Positions 27,501-42,230 of a DNA stretch of 64,000 nucleotides are shown piece after piece; position 1 is the first letter of the stretch; the number at the start of each line of letters is the position of its first letter. Location of the stretch: NCBI GenBank assembly GCA_951406725.2, contig OX597828.1, positions 4,774,001 to 4,838,000 on the forward strand. The letters are read 5' to 3'. A program made the position numbers and the translations under genes. The notes beneath the pieces were generated by a model that searched no databases, was not told the DNA's origin, and worked only from the letters and a program-made list of their open reading frames with translations. This stretch comes from Octopus vulgaris. Taxonomy: Eukaryota.

Positions 27501-28534
27501 ACAAAAAACTGTTCTCAGTATTTAAGGAAGCTGACAAATACAAACAAGAAATTATACCACCTAACAAATATGAAGAAGAAGAAGAAGAAGAAGAAGATGA
27601 AGAAACAACAAAAGCTATAAAACAAATGAAATCCAAACTAAAACTAGAACAGCAAAGAACCATGATAAAACGATACCAAGAAAAGCCCCTTCATGGTAAA
27701 TACTGGACTAAACTAAATGCAAAAGAAATAGACAAAGAAAAATCCCAGCAATGGTTGAGAAGCTCAGGACTAAAAGCAGAGATAGAGGAATTTTTAATTG
27801 CAGCACAAGACCAAGGCCTCCCCACCAGAAATTACCAAAAACATGTAATGAAAAGAAATATAACAAGTAACTGCAGAATATGTGGAGATGGACAAGAAAC
27901 AATAAATCATATTATCTCTGGCTGCCCAGTCTTGGCTAAGAAGGAATATATTCACAGAAATGACAGAGTTAGAACCTACATACACTGGAAGCTATGCCAA
28001 CATTATGGAATAACAGAAAAGATATGGTATAGACACACACCAGAAAAGGCCACAGAAAATGAGAAAGCAACCATACTCTGGGATATGCCGATACACACAG
28101 ATAGAGAAATTAAGGCCAACAGACCAGATATAGTTGTCAGAGATCATAAAGAAAAAAAATGCTTTCTAATTGATGTATCAATACCGGCAGATGACAACGT
28201 GTCTCTAAAAGAAATGGAGAAACTTTCAAAATACAAAGACCTAGAAATAGAGGTAACGAGAATGTGGAATCTGAAAACAGAAACAATTCCTATCATAGTA
28301 GGTGCATTAGGCATGATAAAAATATTTAGACAAATATATAACAAAAACACCAGGACTTACGAACAAATATAACATATAGAAAATTGCACTACTAGGCACT
28401 GCACACATCCTACGCAGAACACTTTACGTACAATAACCATCAGAGCATCACAACAAATCACAGCACATACCCAAGGCACACAGAGCTGCGCTCTGTAGTG
28501 AAGTGAAAGCACGCTATAAAAATAAAACTACTGA
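24541..28534 (+). mobile_element. Near full-length Dong/R4-clade non-LTR retrotransposon (RT + CCHC + restriction-like endonuclease), frameshifted
   Basis: NWKAPGHDKI; EEQKGC; RGIFQGDTLSPLLF; HLLYMDDLKLY; YKYLG; CRICGDGQETINHIISGC; NRPDIVV..IDVSIP..EKLSKY. ORF pieces at 25790-26557, 26466-27317 and 27626-28372. (TAA)n on both sides. Confidence 0.95.
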
Positions 28535-28544
28535 ATAATAATAA

Positions 28545-28657
<113 letters not shown>

Positions 28658-28726
28658 GTGATTATAACTCCAAACTTACAGGGAAAAAATCAATTTAATA
28701 TTAAATTAAATATCACCATATAAATA

Positions 28727-28985
28727 TATAATATATAAATTAGAGAATAAAAAAACTATTATGCAATTCAAACAATGATAGACATAAACCAAGTCATAAA
28801 TAAAAAATAAAATATATATTTTTATAAAACATATAACTAGATCAATTGATTATTCATTTTTATACTTTTTGTGATCTAGTTATGTTTAAAAAATATTTTT
28901 CATTTCTTTTATTTATGATTTGGTTTATGTCATTCATTGTTTGAATTGCATAACATTGGTTTCTTTCTCTACTTTATATTTTATA
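28727..28985. repeat. Imperfect AT-rich inverted repeat
   Basis: TTATGCAATTCAAACAATGA...AACTAGATCA is mirrored by TGATCTAGTT...TCATTGTTTGAATTGCATAA. Confidence 0.75.
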
Positions 28986-29007
28986 TATATGTATATATAT
29001 ATATATA

Positions 29008-29518
29008 AATCCTTTAAAATGTTTCAGCCCGAAAGCTGCGGCCATGCTAGGGCACCACCGTTGAATGAGCTACACTAGTATGTGAAGCCACCTCTGATAC
29101 GTGGCACTTGAACAGCAAGGGGTTCGACGCCGCTGCCCGCATCTCTGTTTCCTGCCGAGAGGTAGGTTCTTCTGGAACCCCTGACAAGAAGAGATCCAGT
29201 TTAGTTTTAAAGAAACCCACATCCACACCATGCAGGTCTCACAGGCATTTATGAAGGATTTTGAAGAGCTGTGGTCCCATGAAACCCGAGCTGTTCCAGT
29301 ATCTGGTCCTGTATTTTGATGGTGCTGTTGGGATTTCTGGCACCATGAGGTGGCGCCGCGTCCTGCTTTTGGGGTAACTTTGAAATTTCAAAATTCGGGA
29401 CAAGACCCTCCAGGATTTTCCAGTTGTATATCACTGCATATCTCTCCCGCCTTCGCTCCAGGTAGAAGAGTTTTAATTCTTTTAGTCTTTCACAGTAGCT
29501 AATATGTTGCATTGAGAC
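29008..29518 (-). mobile_element. 5'-truncated LINE 3' end (CR1/Jockey-group-like)
   Basis: ISYCERLKELKLFYLERRRERYAVIYNWKILEGLVPNF. The 3' tail is GGTGGTGCCCTAGCATGGCCGCAGCTTTCGGGCTGAAAC. Confidence 0.8.
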
Positions 29519-29877
29519 GATTATAATAACATTCTCACAAAGATGTAACTGAGAAGCAATTTGTACTTCAGATCGTTACCGAAAACATTAAAACATACTC
29601 ATTTGCCGCTAAATCCTCTCTTGTGCAAAAATAATGTTCAATAAACAGTGTCCAGTGTCGAATTATGCTTTTCATTCTATAGATATTATTGTACATAAAA
29701 ATGCATTTCTCACAGACGTTGTGTGCTTTATTAAAAAAAACTAATATTTCTTGAGCTATTCTTGTTATTTCAGGCATTTCTCGGATTAACTTATGATAAA
29801 TTTGATTCAGAGCGTTTTTAAACATTTGGAAGTGTTGCCTGGATGCGTCCACAAGAAATTTTATTTAGAAAATAGCC

Positions 29878-29940
29878 AGATAACCGAAGAGATGGCGTTG
29901 TGGATTCCCACTTCGGCATCTGAAACTCAGAGTTTTATCT
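29878..29940 (+). ncRNA. Hammerhead-like motif with variant core CCGAAGA (copy 1)
   Basis: Stem I AGATAA/TTATCT; stem II GATG...CATC; GAAA; stem III ACTC-A-GAGT; GUU site. A direct repeat lies 343 bp downstream. Confidence 0.6.
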
Positions 29941-30066
29941 TGACTATCGAGTAATGTAACATATTATTTTATAGATAAATTTTCTCTATTTACATAATAT
30001 TGAGGTATCTTTCTTTCTTTTGTTATCTTACCGTTTTACCAATATACACATATATATATGTATATA

Positions 30067-30134
<68 letters not shown>

Positions 30135-30220
30135 TACATATATATGATTATGTACTATGACACAAAGTGCCATAGCATGCACATGTACATATTGACTTCA
30201 AAGCCATTTAGAAAATAGCC

Positions 30221-30283
30221 AGATAACCGAAGAGATGGCGTTGTGGATTCCCACTTCGGCATCTGAAACTCAGACTTTTATCT
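30221..30283 (+). ncRNA. Hammerhead-like motif with variant core CCGAAGA (copy 2)
   Basis: Same as copy 1, with a G>C change in stem III. Confidence 0.5.
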
Positions 30284-30341
30284 TGACTATCGAGTAATGT
30301 AACATATTATTTATATAGTAAATATATTTTATATATATATA

Positions 30342-30754
<413 letters not shown>

Positions 30755-31638
30755 AATATAAATTAATGGTAAAATATTTCTTTACTTTCACCCATTCAAT
30801 ACAATACATTTATTGCTTTGCAATTAAAAAGACTTGTGTATTAATAATTGGGTATCATACCAACAGTATATTGGATAAATATTATCCCTTAGTGGTTGGA
30901 TCCTCAACCCCTAACTTACTTTGTGTTATATATATATATATATATATATCAGCTATTCAGATGCCGCACAATATTTTCTCATTCTTGAATAAAGGATTTG
31001 GGTACGGACAGCAACGTTTTGAATACTCTCCGTTATGATAGATACGTATTTAAAAAAAAGAAAGCAGTATTATATACGCTGTATTTGTGAGATATTGATA
31101 ATTATATTGATATAAATATTCGTGCTTCACGTGGTTTTGGGTACGTCAAATAATGATGTACCGAGAGATATTTTAGAAATATTTACTTTTGTGCGGTGTA
31201 AATGCATCCGTGTCTGTGTATGTGTGTGAAATTATGTGTGTGTGTGTGTGTTTGTGTGCGTATATTAGAAGCCGTGCTTCAATTCTTGATAATGATTTCG
31301 AATGAGAACTATATGTCGCATATATCTGAAAGGTGGCAGTAAATATACAATGTATTTATATTTATATTTATTTATAAAATGCTTTGAATTATTTATGCTT
31401 TTCGTTTTTCGTATGATGTAATCTTTGTGTTTTACTTTCTCATATGAGATTATTTAATATAGATAACTCCCTAAATTGTAGCCAACGGTACATTTATCAG
31501 ATGCATTAGTAGATGTAATGTTCAAATAGTATGTGCGGGTATGAGTGTGTATGGGTATGTGTGTATATATTTAAAAGTATATGTATATAGATGCTTGTGT
31601 ATGCCTATATATGGTTATATGTTTGCAAGCATTTTATG

Positions 31639-31705
<67 letters not shown>

Positions 31706-33159
31706 ATAACTTATAGTTGCATGTGTATTTATGTATGTATCTATGTATGTATGTATGTATCTATGTATGTATCTATGTATGTATCTATGATATGATATTT
31801 TCAAAGAATTCATTTGAAAATAATATTCTAGATTTCAGCTTGGATTCCTATCGCAAATGGATCCAAAATCTGCATTGCAGACAGGGTAATGTATAATCAT
31901 TTCTAGAGTTAATGGATATACTAAAGTTTTAATAGAAGATGCAACATTCCAAATCGTTTGATGGTATAATTAAACATCGAAAATAGGATTGTTTCATCGG
32001 CGATTTAATAAACAATTTTATAAATCTTTCCGATAAAGGTTGTCACATAACAAATAAATGACCGTAAATATGTTGAATGGATACAGCTGCCGACAGAAAT
32101 AGAAACGGGAAGAGAGAGAAAGACATACACAGAGAGGGAGAGACTAAAAGAGAGAGACTAAAAGAGGGAGAGAGTAAAAGAAAGATACAAAAATAGGAGT
32201 AGGAAAAGAGGAGAGAATCATAGATATTGTGTAAGATGAACTTGATAGAGAAAGTGGTATGGGAGACTTATTAAATGTATATATATAGAGGTCATGAATT
32301 GACTAGAAGTTACCATTGTGCTTTCTATTGAATATATAAGGTATCTATCAGGTGATAAGGGCTTATTGGATTATAGAATTGATAAAAGAGGGGTAGATGT
32401 TATATACTGTGACATCAATATCCATATCACGAACTCATTGTAAATCATTCTAACTGTATTTTTTAACAGATCTTTTTTTATTTTTCAGCATTATGGGGTT
32501 GTTATATCCCTCATGCAAATGGCATCTCATAGGCTCTCATTAACATACACCAAATGGTCTGATCTATGTGTGACATATACAAATTACGACATAAATCTCA
32601 GCTTGCCATTAAGTACTTCAAAATGTTATTTTGTAGGATATATCACATTCAATATCTTATATAACCAAAGAGAAAGTGGCAGATAGATGTACGTGTGCTT
32701 GTCCATGTTCAATCTGCATGTTTCAGATTTATGCTGCAGTTTCACTCACAGGGCCATGGTCGGCCCGAGGAAATAGTAGAAGACACTTGCCCCAAGTACT
32801 ATGCAGTGGAACTGGACCTGAAGCCATATCGTTGGGAAGTGCGTTTCTTACCATACAGCGACGGCTATATATATATATATATATATATAAACGATGAATA
32901 GCCTACGCGTAAATCACTGGCTTGTTTTGTTCTCTTACTTTATTATCATCTTATAATCATCTCATAATAACGACCTTTATGACTCGTATTACTACCTCAG
33001 TCAATCTAAATGTATATATTTGTCACTACCTGTCATAAATAGCCTTTTTCTATTTGCAATATGCATTTTCGTTGATTTTTCATATTTTAACCTTACATTT
33101 CCATGTGTATTTTATATTTTCTTTTCGTAACATATTTCTAATATATATATATATATATC

Positions 33160-33354
33160 TGGCAGAAACGGTAGCACGCCAGACGAAATGATTAGCGGTA
33201 TTTCGTCTGTCGCTACCTTCTGAGTTCAAATTCCGCCGAGGTCGACTTTCATCCTTTCGGGGTCGATAAATAAAGTACCAGTTTCGCACTGGGATCGATA
33301 TAATCGACTTAATCCCTTTGTCCCCTCTATGTTTAGCCCTTGTGGGCAGTAAAG

Positions 33355-33358
<4 letters not shown>
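33160..33358 (+). mobile_element. tRNA-derived SINE (MetaSINE-like core)
   Basis: TGGCAGAAACGGTAG A-box; GAGTTCAAATTCC B-box; TTTCATCCTTTCGGGGTCGATAAATAAAGTACCAG core. Confidence 0.85.
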
Positions 33359-33396
<38 letters not shown>

Positions 33397-33398
<2 letters not shown>

Positions 33399-33696
33399 AG
33401 GCGCAATGGCCCAGTAGTTAGGGTAGCCGACTCGCGGTCGTAGGATCGCGGCTTCGATTCGCAGACCGGCGGGCGTTGTGAGTGTTTATTGAGCGAAAAC
33501 ACCTAAAGCTCCACGAGGTTCCGGCAGGTGGGGGAGGGGATCCCTGCTGTACTCTTTCGCCACAACTTTCTCTCACCCTTTCTTCTGTTGGCCTGCTCGC
33601 TCAGCCAGCGAGGTGGCGTCATTTGAAGGCTAAAACAATGTGAAGCGCATTGTGACCAGCGGTGTGTAGCAACATATGATAGCCTGGTCGATCACG

Positions 33697-33700
<4 letters not shown>
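33397..33700 (+). mobile_element. Second tRNA-derived SINE family in (TA)n
   Basis: TGGCCCAGTAGTTAGG A-box and GCTTCGATTC B-box, followed by a unique body. Confidence 0.7.
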
Positions 33701-33757
<57 letters not shown>

Positions 33758-34005
33758 GTATGTATGTATGTATATGTATATTATATATGCTGTATATATA
33801 TACCTTTTCCCATATAAATGTCCTGAAAACTCCTCACAGCCTTGGATCTGTTATCTCATTTTGTCTAATATATATATGCATGTTAATACACGACCCAGAT
33901 TGGAATCCTCACTCGTATCACTATCGAGCCAAGAGTTCAACTACTCTCCATAGCACTTACTTAGCGTTACCTGCCACTCTTTGGGACTTCTAGGTAGCAA
34001 AACCT

Positions 34006-34062
<57 letters not shown>

Positions 34063-34531
34063 GCATATATTTACTTACACAACTACATACATATATACAT
34101 ATATGCACTTACATATATACATATACACACAATATAGGTATAAGTATATATACTTACATATGTACATAATGCATATATATATATATATATATATACATAT
34201 ATGTGTATGTATGTGTGTGTGTGTAGAAAGTTGAAAAGTAACAGGCGAGTGGATGTGTACAAAAAGTAGGCCAAGGTAGAAATTGTTAAAATGAAGATAA
34301 GTTTAGTACCGGTTTCAGCCTTTGCGACGTTTTCAACTTAGAGTAAAGCACGAAAAACAAATTGTGGAAACATTAAATGAAATGTTTTTTTTTAATATTT
34401 GCACAGCTTTCAAATACGCGGGACATTTTCCTTTTTTCTTTTTTTCTGTCTTTTATTTTTGTGAAAACTTGGTACTAGTTGCTACTAGTTGAGATATACA
34501 GGTGCTTACATTTATCAAGTATTCACCCTGA

Positions 34532-34568
<37 letters not shown>

Positions 34569-34580
34569 CACACACACGCA

Positions 34581-34647
<67 letters not shown>

Positions 34648-34648
34648 C

Positions 34649-34685
<37 letters not shown>

Positions 34686-34689
<4 letters not shown>

Positions 34690-35790
34690 AATGGTTGTCT
34701 TATAAAACTATTCCGTACAGAGATTAACAGGTATACCATCATCAGCTGCCCCACGGATATCACTATGATGTCGACTCCCTTCAATCCGGGCGTGTCGACA
34801 GCACTAGAATAAGTGTTGTTTGGGAACAAACATACCTTAGATATCACCGCATTCATTCAATCTTAATTCTAAGAAGGATTAATCCTAACATTATTAATCA
34901 AACTACAACAAACAAATACATTTACCTTATGTACAAAAACAAGATCGGTAAATTTATAATTCTACAAGTAAACCTATATCTAACTCGTATTTTATCTAAC
35001 TAAATAGCAGCCTAGTCATTGAAGTAATTCCTGAGTAGCTTGTGCTACATATTGTACACCGCATTCATCACAGCTAATCAAATAAATTGCATTGCTAGGT
35101 TTACAACTTAACTGTAAATTATTATAAATGATAAACCGCTTACCTGTAATCTTACCGCTAAAATATTTATCATCTACAAAAACATTACAACATAAACAAT
35201 TCTTCGTACCACATTTACTTACACGACTATTACAAACAGATATAGATATATATAGTTGATATTTTCTTTATTGTAATATTTGTTAAGCCAATTTCTTCTT
35301 TACAGTTGCTATCTTCGGTTATCAATAACCTACTCTAAACGGCTTAAATTAGAGACGAGCAACTAGCTGCTAGGAACTTTTTAATGAGGGGCTGCCTAAT
35401 TTAGTGGGCGTTAGATGGTATAATCCTTGTATAATGAGATGGTCCATTTACACTAGATTTACCTAGTGGTCTAGTTTAAAACGCTTCTAAACAGGATCAA
35501 AACTAGCAGCCATATTGCTGGTATAAGGTTGTAGGTTCCACCCTTGGAGAGAAGAAAAAACATCTACAACACATGCATATCCATTTACTTAATTGACTTA
35601 TCCTTATAATCCAACGTAACTACACATGCCAGGGGCCTGTCAACGGGATACTAAGTCCGCATTGCATCAAGGTATAGTATAATATATATCAAACGGATGG
35701 CTTATAAAACTATTCCGCATATACAATAACAGCAATACTAATAATCTAAAACACCCCCATAATCAGCTGTCCCAAATAGATAACACTTTA
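34686..35790. mobile_element. Unclassified element with diverged ~80-100-bp direct repeats
   Basis: ATCAAA.GG.TG.CTTATAAAACTATTCCG...ATCAGCTG.CCCA occurs at 34686 and 35688. Confidence 0.45.
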
Positions 35791-35805
35791 ACAAAATACA
35801 AATGA

Positions 35806-36071
35806 GAGAGAAAACTAAGGGGGAAGAGGTAAGGTGCTATAAGTCCAACACATTTTTCTTGGGGCTCGGGAATCTATCATAATGTTAGTAGATGGAGTTC
35901 ACCAAAATATGCAGGCCATAATGGAAGCAAAGAATATATTTTCTAACCTGATGCCTACGGCCTGCATATTTTGGTGAACTACATCGACCAACATTATGAT
36001 GGATATCCTAGCCCCCCAGAAACAGCTGTTCGTGTTATAATACCTTACGCCTTCGCCTTCAGTTTTCTTTG
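35806..36071. repeat. Imperfect inverted repeat
   Basis: GTTCACCAAAATATGCAGGCC / GGCCTGCATATTTTGGTGAAC, with ~105-bp diverged arms. Confidence 0.75.
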
Positions 36072-36177
36072 TCATTTATACTCTATGTAAGTTTGATCTA
36101 TTAATATTAATATCTATATATCCATACTTAAATATTCATTGTCTGAAAGTTTTCAGTCTTTGTCTAGTTTTTGCTTG

Positions 36178-36518
36178 CATGTATACATAGATACATACGT
36201 ACGTACATACATACATATATACATATATACATACATACATATATACATACATACATATATACATACATACATATATACATACATACGTACGTACGTACAT
36301 ACATACACGCGTACGTACGTACATACATACATACGTACGTACGTGCATACATACATACGTACGTGCATACATACGTACGTACATACTTGCATACATACGT
36401 ACGTACGTACGTACATACATACATACATATTACGTACATACATACATACATACATACATACGTACGTACATACATACATATATACGTACGTACTTACATA
36501 CATGCATACCTACATACA
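36178..36518. repeat. (TACA/TACG)n microsatellite
   Basis: Directly visible. Source of many spurious ORFs. Confidence 0.95.
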
Positions 36519-37679
36519 ACTACTTGGATTTTAGCTATGTGTCTATTAGTATGTCGATTAAAGCACATTCACCGTTTGGGCCGATACCGTTTACAATAAC
36601 GTTATAATTTTTACTGGATCTACGTCAGGAGTCTGCAGTGTTTTTTTTTCTATTAATTTATAGTTGATAAAGGAAGCGGATGGCGGATTTATTATGAATC
36701 ATTAACCAGCATGAAGATCGTTTCGAACCATCCTGCATTTGTCCCACGGGCATAGGATATTGTACATCTGGATGCGTGGCATCAATCGATGCAGACTGTG
36801 TCAATTCAGGTGCTTGGTGTAGAAAAGGATATATCACTAGATATACTGAGATCCCCTTCGCATGTTCTTCTGACTAAAAGAATAAGCATAGAAAGATAAA
36901 AACTAAAAAGAAAAGGGAATATAAATATATACGTCAGCCTATGTATATAAACAAATACTTCTGTACGTGTGCGTGTCGACCGAACAAACATCCTAACGAC
37001 CAGGCATCAATGTCTGACTGGGGTATCTAATACACTGCAGTACGCGAGATAACAGCTAGTTGTCCGCCTCTAATAAAACTATCTTTATAGATTACAACTA
37101 CATAAAACAACATCCAATTGGAGACATGCGTGCGTGTGTCTATATATTTGTGTACGTCTATATATATATATGTGTTCATATCAAAGAGTGGGTATATATT
37201 TTTTCTTAATCTTAACTTGCTTCGACACGTTTTATCTTCTATCATTTATGATGTAAATTTATGTTGTATATTCAGGGTAAATTATAGTCAGCCCCATGCG
37301 CCGGAACAACCTCAAACTTATCCTACGCTCTGTCAATATACCAACGTACAACTAGCCAGAACTACAAGCCAAAGAAAATCTGAGTATATCTACTGAGATA
37401 TCTTATTCTATGTTAAGCACCAGCAGTGACACAGCCTGCACTGATTGATGCGAGGCAACCAGATGCACATGGGTAGTTCCAATCATGCAGAATGGATCGA
37501 AATTATCATCGTGCAGAATAAATCTTCATACTGAAATCTATCTTCCGATTCATTTATCAGCTATGTATACATACTCACATACATACATACATACATACAT
37601 ACATACATACATACATACATACATACATACATACATACATACATACATAAATACATACATACATACATACATACATACA

Positions 37680-38228
37680 TGGTGGCTGCCCTCTCGTTAT
37701 CGAGTATGGCCATTGCAGAAGCTTAATCAATATTGTTATCGTGCAATGCCTGTGCAAGATTATTTTTTAAGTGAGGAAAGGCTGTGCACTGAGTCAATCC
37801 CACTCACTAAGCAACATCAGCCATAATCCGAAAAGAAGAACAAGTCAACATCATCGGTAACCACTGAGACACAGGTTTTATGTCGGAGTTATCCCAGTTA
37901 CCTGAGTTACCTTCTCCTAAAAGCATGCCCTAACAAAGGCTAGGAGTCCTTTACTCCCAATGGTTTAACCGCGCGATCGGTATTCAGTCCGATTATTTTT
38001 TATGTCCCCGCGCATGATACAGCCTTAAGACATTTACTAGATGGTTGTTGACTCTCAAGAGTGCCTCCGCCCTTTGACGGGTTTTGTTTTTCATCCCGCA
38101 GGGTGTCCAATAAACACCCTCCTCACCAAGCAAGCTTGGTGGGATTGCCGGTTTAGTCGCCAACGACCCGACCATGCAACAGGTTGTACTGGGTTACATG
38201 TTACCAGTAACACTCGAAAGTAACCTGA
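37680..38228. mobile_element. Unclassified interspersed repeat in (TACA)n
   Basis: GC-richer complex block bounded by (TACA)n on both sides. No recognisable ORF. Confidence 0.4.
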
Positions 38229-38345
38229 CATATACATACATACACACGTACGTACATACATACATATACATACATACATATATACATACATACATACATA
38301 CAGACAGACAGACATACATATATATATACTCAAATACATACATAC

Positions 38346-38376
<31 letters not shown>

Positions 38377-38799
38377 CATACATACATACATACATACATA
38401 CATACATGCATGCATGCATATATATATATATATATATATACAGTTCATTATATCATGGATTCATCTGATGAAAACGTATTCTTTGCAATGATGCAATGTA
38501 TTTATTAATCAATTAAAGGATTTTGATATACACTTGTTTTTAGGCAATGTTATCTCTTAACTTTGCATCAAATAGATTTACATGGATAAAATTATACCAA
38601 TATGCTATAGTTTAATATGTAACCAAAGCGTTAGATAAATTTTGTTAAATAAATTGTGAAATAAATATTTGAAGAATGTTTCGTATGTCTTAGCCAACGT
38701 ACTTATGATGTTTAACAAGTTTATATATTTTCTTCATGGATGAAAATAGAATTTTAACATCACTTTCTATTTTTTCAACATTTTTTTCCCCGCAGGCAT

Positions 38800-40620
38800 C
38801 AGTTGGCAAGAGATTGACTCACAACTAACAGTTTTAAATTAAACTGTATTTAGTGGCTGATTTCTGATTCTAGTGAACACGTATCAATCTGTTATTAGGT
38901 TTAATTGTTTAAATATCAATTATACAATAAATAATATACCCTGTCACAAATACTTAGACATGTGCAGAAATATAAAGTAATATTCTCTAGTAGAAATGCT
39001 TTTGTGGATCAGAACCGCAGTTCAAACATAATATTGAGAAAACTAAATATTGTTGTCAATATTTAGTTTATATTTAGTAATAATGGAATCTGAAATAAGT
39101 CATTATAGATGAGAAGTCTAGGAGTATTCCTATACTCAAACTTCCATTTTTATAATAAAAAAATGAATGATACTTGCAGAATATATATTTTAATATACCA
39201 ATTATATTTTTCCCATCCATTTTCATGGAATATATATCTGTACATAAGAAGAGCATTATTTGAAACAAAACGTGTTTTTATTATTTAGTATTGTTCAGAT
39301 TTCCCAGCAGAGAATTTTTCTGCTCTTCCTTTAAAGCCAGTCATCTTTCCAGCTTCCTGATAAAATGTATGACATATATATAAGAAGATACACACGCACA
39401 CGCATACGCACACACAAACACACTTACACATTCACATAAGATATCTGCAAATACCAGCTGTGTACCATGGTTGTAAACGAGACGAATTTTGAAATCAGTA
39501 AACTCTATGCCGAAGCAGGGTACTTCCGTCAACTCGTCTAAAAGTTTCACACATATAAAATTTGTCAAAACTACCGATCAATAAACTTAGAAAATAGAGA
39601 GAATAAAAAAGTCTATTGACTCATTACAATATGATAAATGAAAAACAATGAAGTACACTGAATGACTTGTGTTGTGAAATGGAAGTAGTGCAAAGGTCAG
39701 CGGAAACCTCCAAGTTTGCTGCACTCATGTCTCCAGCAATTGCTTTTGATTCTAATAGAAATCTCAATATTTTTTGTGGTGGTTGTGCTTGTTTCATATT
39801 GAGTTAGTGAGAAATTGCATAGCAAAAAAAAAAGTAAGAAACAGAAATAAAAACAGACTATAGAAATGAGAATGTGACATGTTTATTGTCAAACTCTGTC
39901 GGTCGTTTTTAACAAAAGTTTGGAAAATAACAAGCAGATGTTGATTGATAAGATTTTCCGATATTCTGAATGTGTGATCTGTGTTAGAATAAAGAACGTT
40001 GCTATGCAGATCATATATGCCAAGCATTGGTCTAAGCAGATATATTTGGAAATGTATTATAGGAGAGAGTGATTTGTTTTTTAATGTAAAACTCTAAAGA
40101 AATGTCATGTAAATTATACAAGGGAGTAATACGTTCAGAAAACAAAAATAATCAGTATTTTCTTCATTTCTTTTGTTTACTGTCAGAAGAATCAGCTTTA
40201 AATCGTATCAATAAAACTGAAATTGTTTTTTGCCGCCTTCAGCATATGCCTCCATCATAAATAAATGAATAATAATCAGTCATTCTTTACCACTAACGTA
40301 CCGTAGATTTATTGCAATCACCAATAAAGCCAAGACTCGATAAAGGCTCGATTCCAGTTGAATCTTTCCAACCATACATTGCGTCCAGGTCGAAATAACT
40401 ATGTGACTGGAATCACATAGAGTTTGATTCCTATAAATTATAACTTACACATAAACAATATATTTATTTGAATGAGTTGCAAGATAAATATCCGTGGTGT
40501 TGCTGTGTATTTGATACAATGGATTCATGTGTATCACTGGTATGAGTCTGTGCACAAGATAGATTTTAGCACCTTTGATACACGGAAATAAATAACCGAA
40601 ATTATGGGGATCAATACCCT
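38800..40620 (-). pseudogene. Decayed B-box/coiled-coil/NHL copy directly upstream of the RepHel relic
   Basis: B-box1-like fragments at ~40510-40600. Propeller-like IYSMKMDGKNII at ~39200-39240. Confidence 0.4.
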
Positions 40621-40769
40621 CGTCTGATTTCCTTTTGTTTGTTATAAATATTTCAGTTACAAAGTTTCTAGGTTTGCGTTAACGCAGAGGTGGGTGATTC
40701 CTGTGTTTACAATGCCATTGGTAACGAAGTAAAGGATACAAATATCAATTACTTAAAGATTAGGTAAGA

Positions 40770-40880
40770 CAGACTATGGCTATAATTCATGGAGCATGTT
40801 GAAAATGTATATATTAGCCGCAGAGTCAGCATTTATGCCAAAAGGTAATATTTATCCCCACTTAAATATTCCTTTTTAAC
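40770..40880 (-). pseudogene. NHL repeat relic
   Basis: ILPFGINADSAANIYIF (PxGIxxDxxxNIY). Nucleotide-level paralog of 54121-54186, with many third-position differences. Confidence 0.65.
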
Positions 40881-41249
40881 CGTGAGAACATCCACGCTTC
40901 AGTCGGGGTAAATAATTAACTCTGAGATTAGTATTCTTCCGTGAGCGATAAATACATCTATCATTATTTAAATTCCAAGTTTGTGACTTCATTAAAGTGT
41001 TTCATTAAATGCAGTATTTACTTTCGGTGCATCTAAGCACCCTTTGGTATTCTGTCGTTATTGATCATATATATATATATGTGTGTGTGTGTGTGGATGT
41101 TTATAACTGGACGTTAGCCTTCGATTGCTCGAGAAAGGTCACTTGGTGTTGCAGTTTCATGTTGGTATATCAGCGACAACAATTACTTAGAAAGTGCAAG
41201 GAAATCGTCCACGTGGAGGGCAAGAAAACGGTCGTGTAGTTGGGTATAA

Positions 41250-41750
41250 GAAAGGGTGGTAGGTGTGCGCTCTCTAGGAGGATCGTACCTCTCAAAGGCT
41301 GTAATATGCAGAGCCACTATCCTATGGCATTCCTAGGCACTATACGGGCATTACAGCCAATGACTTCAAGGTTGCATACTCCCAGCACTGTCTGTACCAA
41401 GGTCACCGTCAACAACTAACCACCATTAACAGCACCGTATATCCCCATGAACTGCAAATTACTAAACCCGAACGCTTCTTCACACTTTCACTGCTTGTAC
41501 ATAACCACACGAGTATATATGCAAACGCACTCCGTAGACGTGAGTGTGCGTATGCATCTGCTCACAGTATACATGTGCATGGATGTGCGTACACTGGCAT
41601 ACATGCAAGCGCTTGCTTGCCCATGCACATGAGGACCCTGGCGTGTTCATGAACTTACACGTATACACCTATATATGCGCGTGCGCATTTGCATGTGCGT
41701 GTGTGCATATGTGCATATGGATAAAAATGTACACGAGTGTGTGTGTGTCC

Positions 41751-41790
<40 letters not shown>

Positions 41791-42230
41791 GTGTGCATTC
41801 GTGTGTATATGTGCGTGTTTTTTGTGTGCATGTGCCAGCGCAAATATGTGAACATACATCTACACACATATGCACACTTGTTAAACACGAATACACGCAC
41901 ACAAATATGCGGGCATATACATGTACACATATACGTATATACTCCAAACATCTACATTCCGTTCCTATTTCCCGTCAACCAACCACGCGACCAAACGTCT
42001 GTCAATCACGCGGACAATTTTCTGTTCACCATGCTGTATTTTCTAAGTAATTGTTTTCGCTGAAATACTAACATCAAACTGCAACACCACGTGACCGTTC
42101 TCGACCATTCGGAACTTAACTTCAAGTTATAAACATTGACTCTCTTCAATCAAAGTCTCATTCAGACACCTGATGGTCAATGACTAGCGACATGCTTGAA
42201 ACTCAGTTTACCAAGTACTTTAACTCTAAC
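41250..42230 (+). mobile_element. Decayed Naiad-type PLE 3' part (GIY-YIG relic + degenerate HHR)
   Basis: AVICRATI / HYTGITANDFKVAYSQH at ~41298-41390. CTGATGG...GAAACTCAGTT at ~42170-42210. Confidence 0.5.

Noticed and set aside
35945-36035. CTGATGC...GAAACAGCTGTT hammerhead-like
   Set aside because: Stem III is palindromic, but the core is mutated and stems I and II are unclear.
40820-40870. LPFG read as a Gypsy RT motif
   Set aside because: No YxDD or other RT motifs. The context PFGIxxDSxxNIY matches an NHL repeat.
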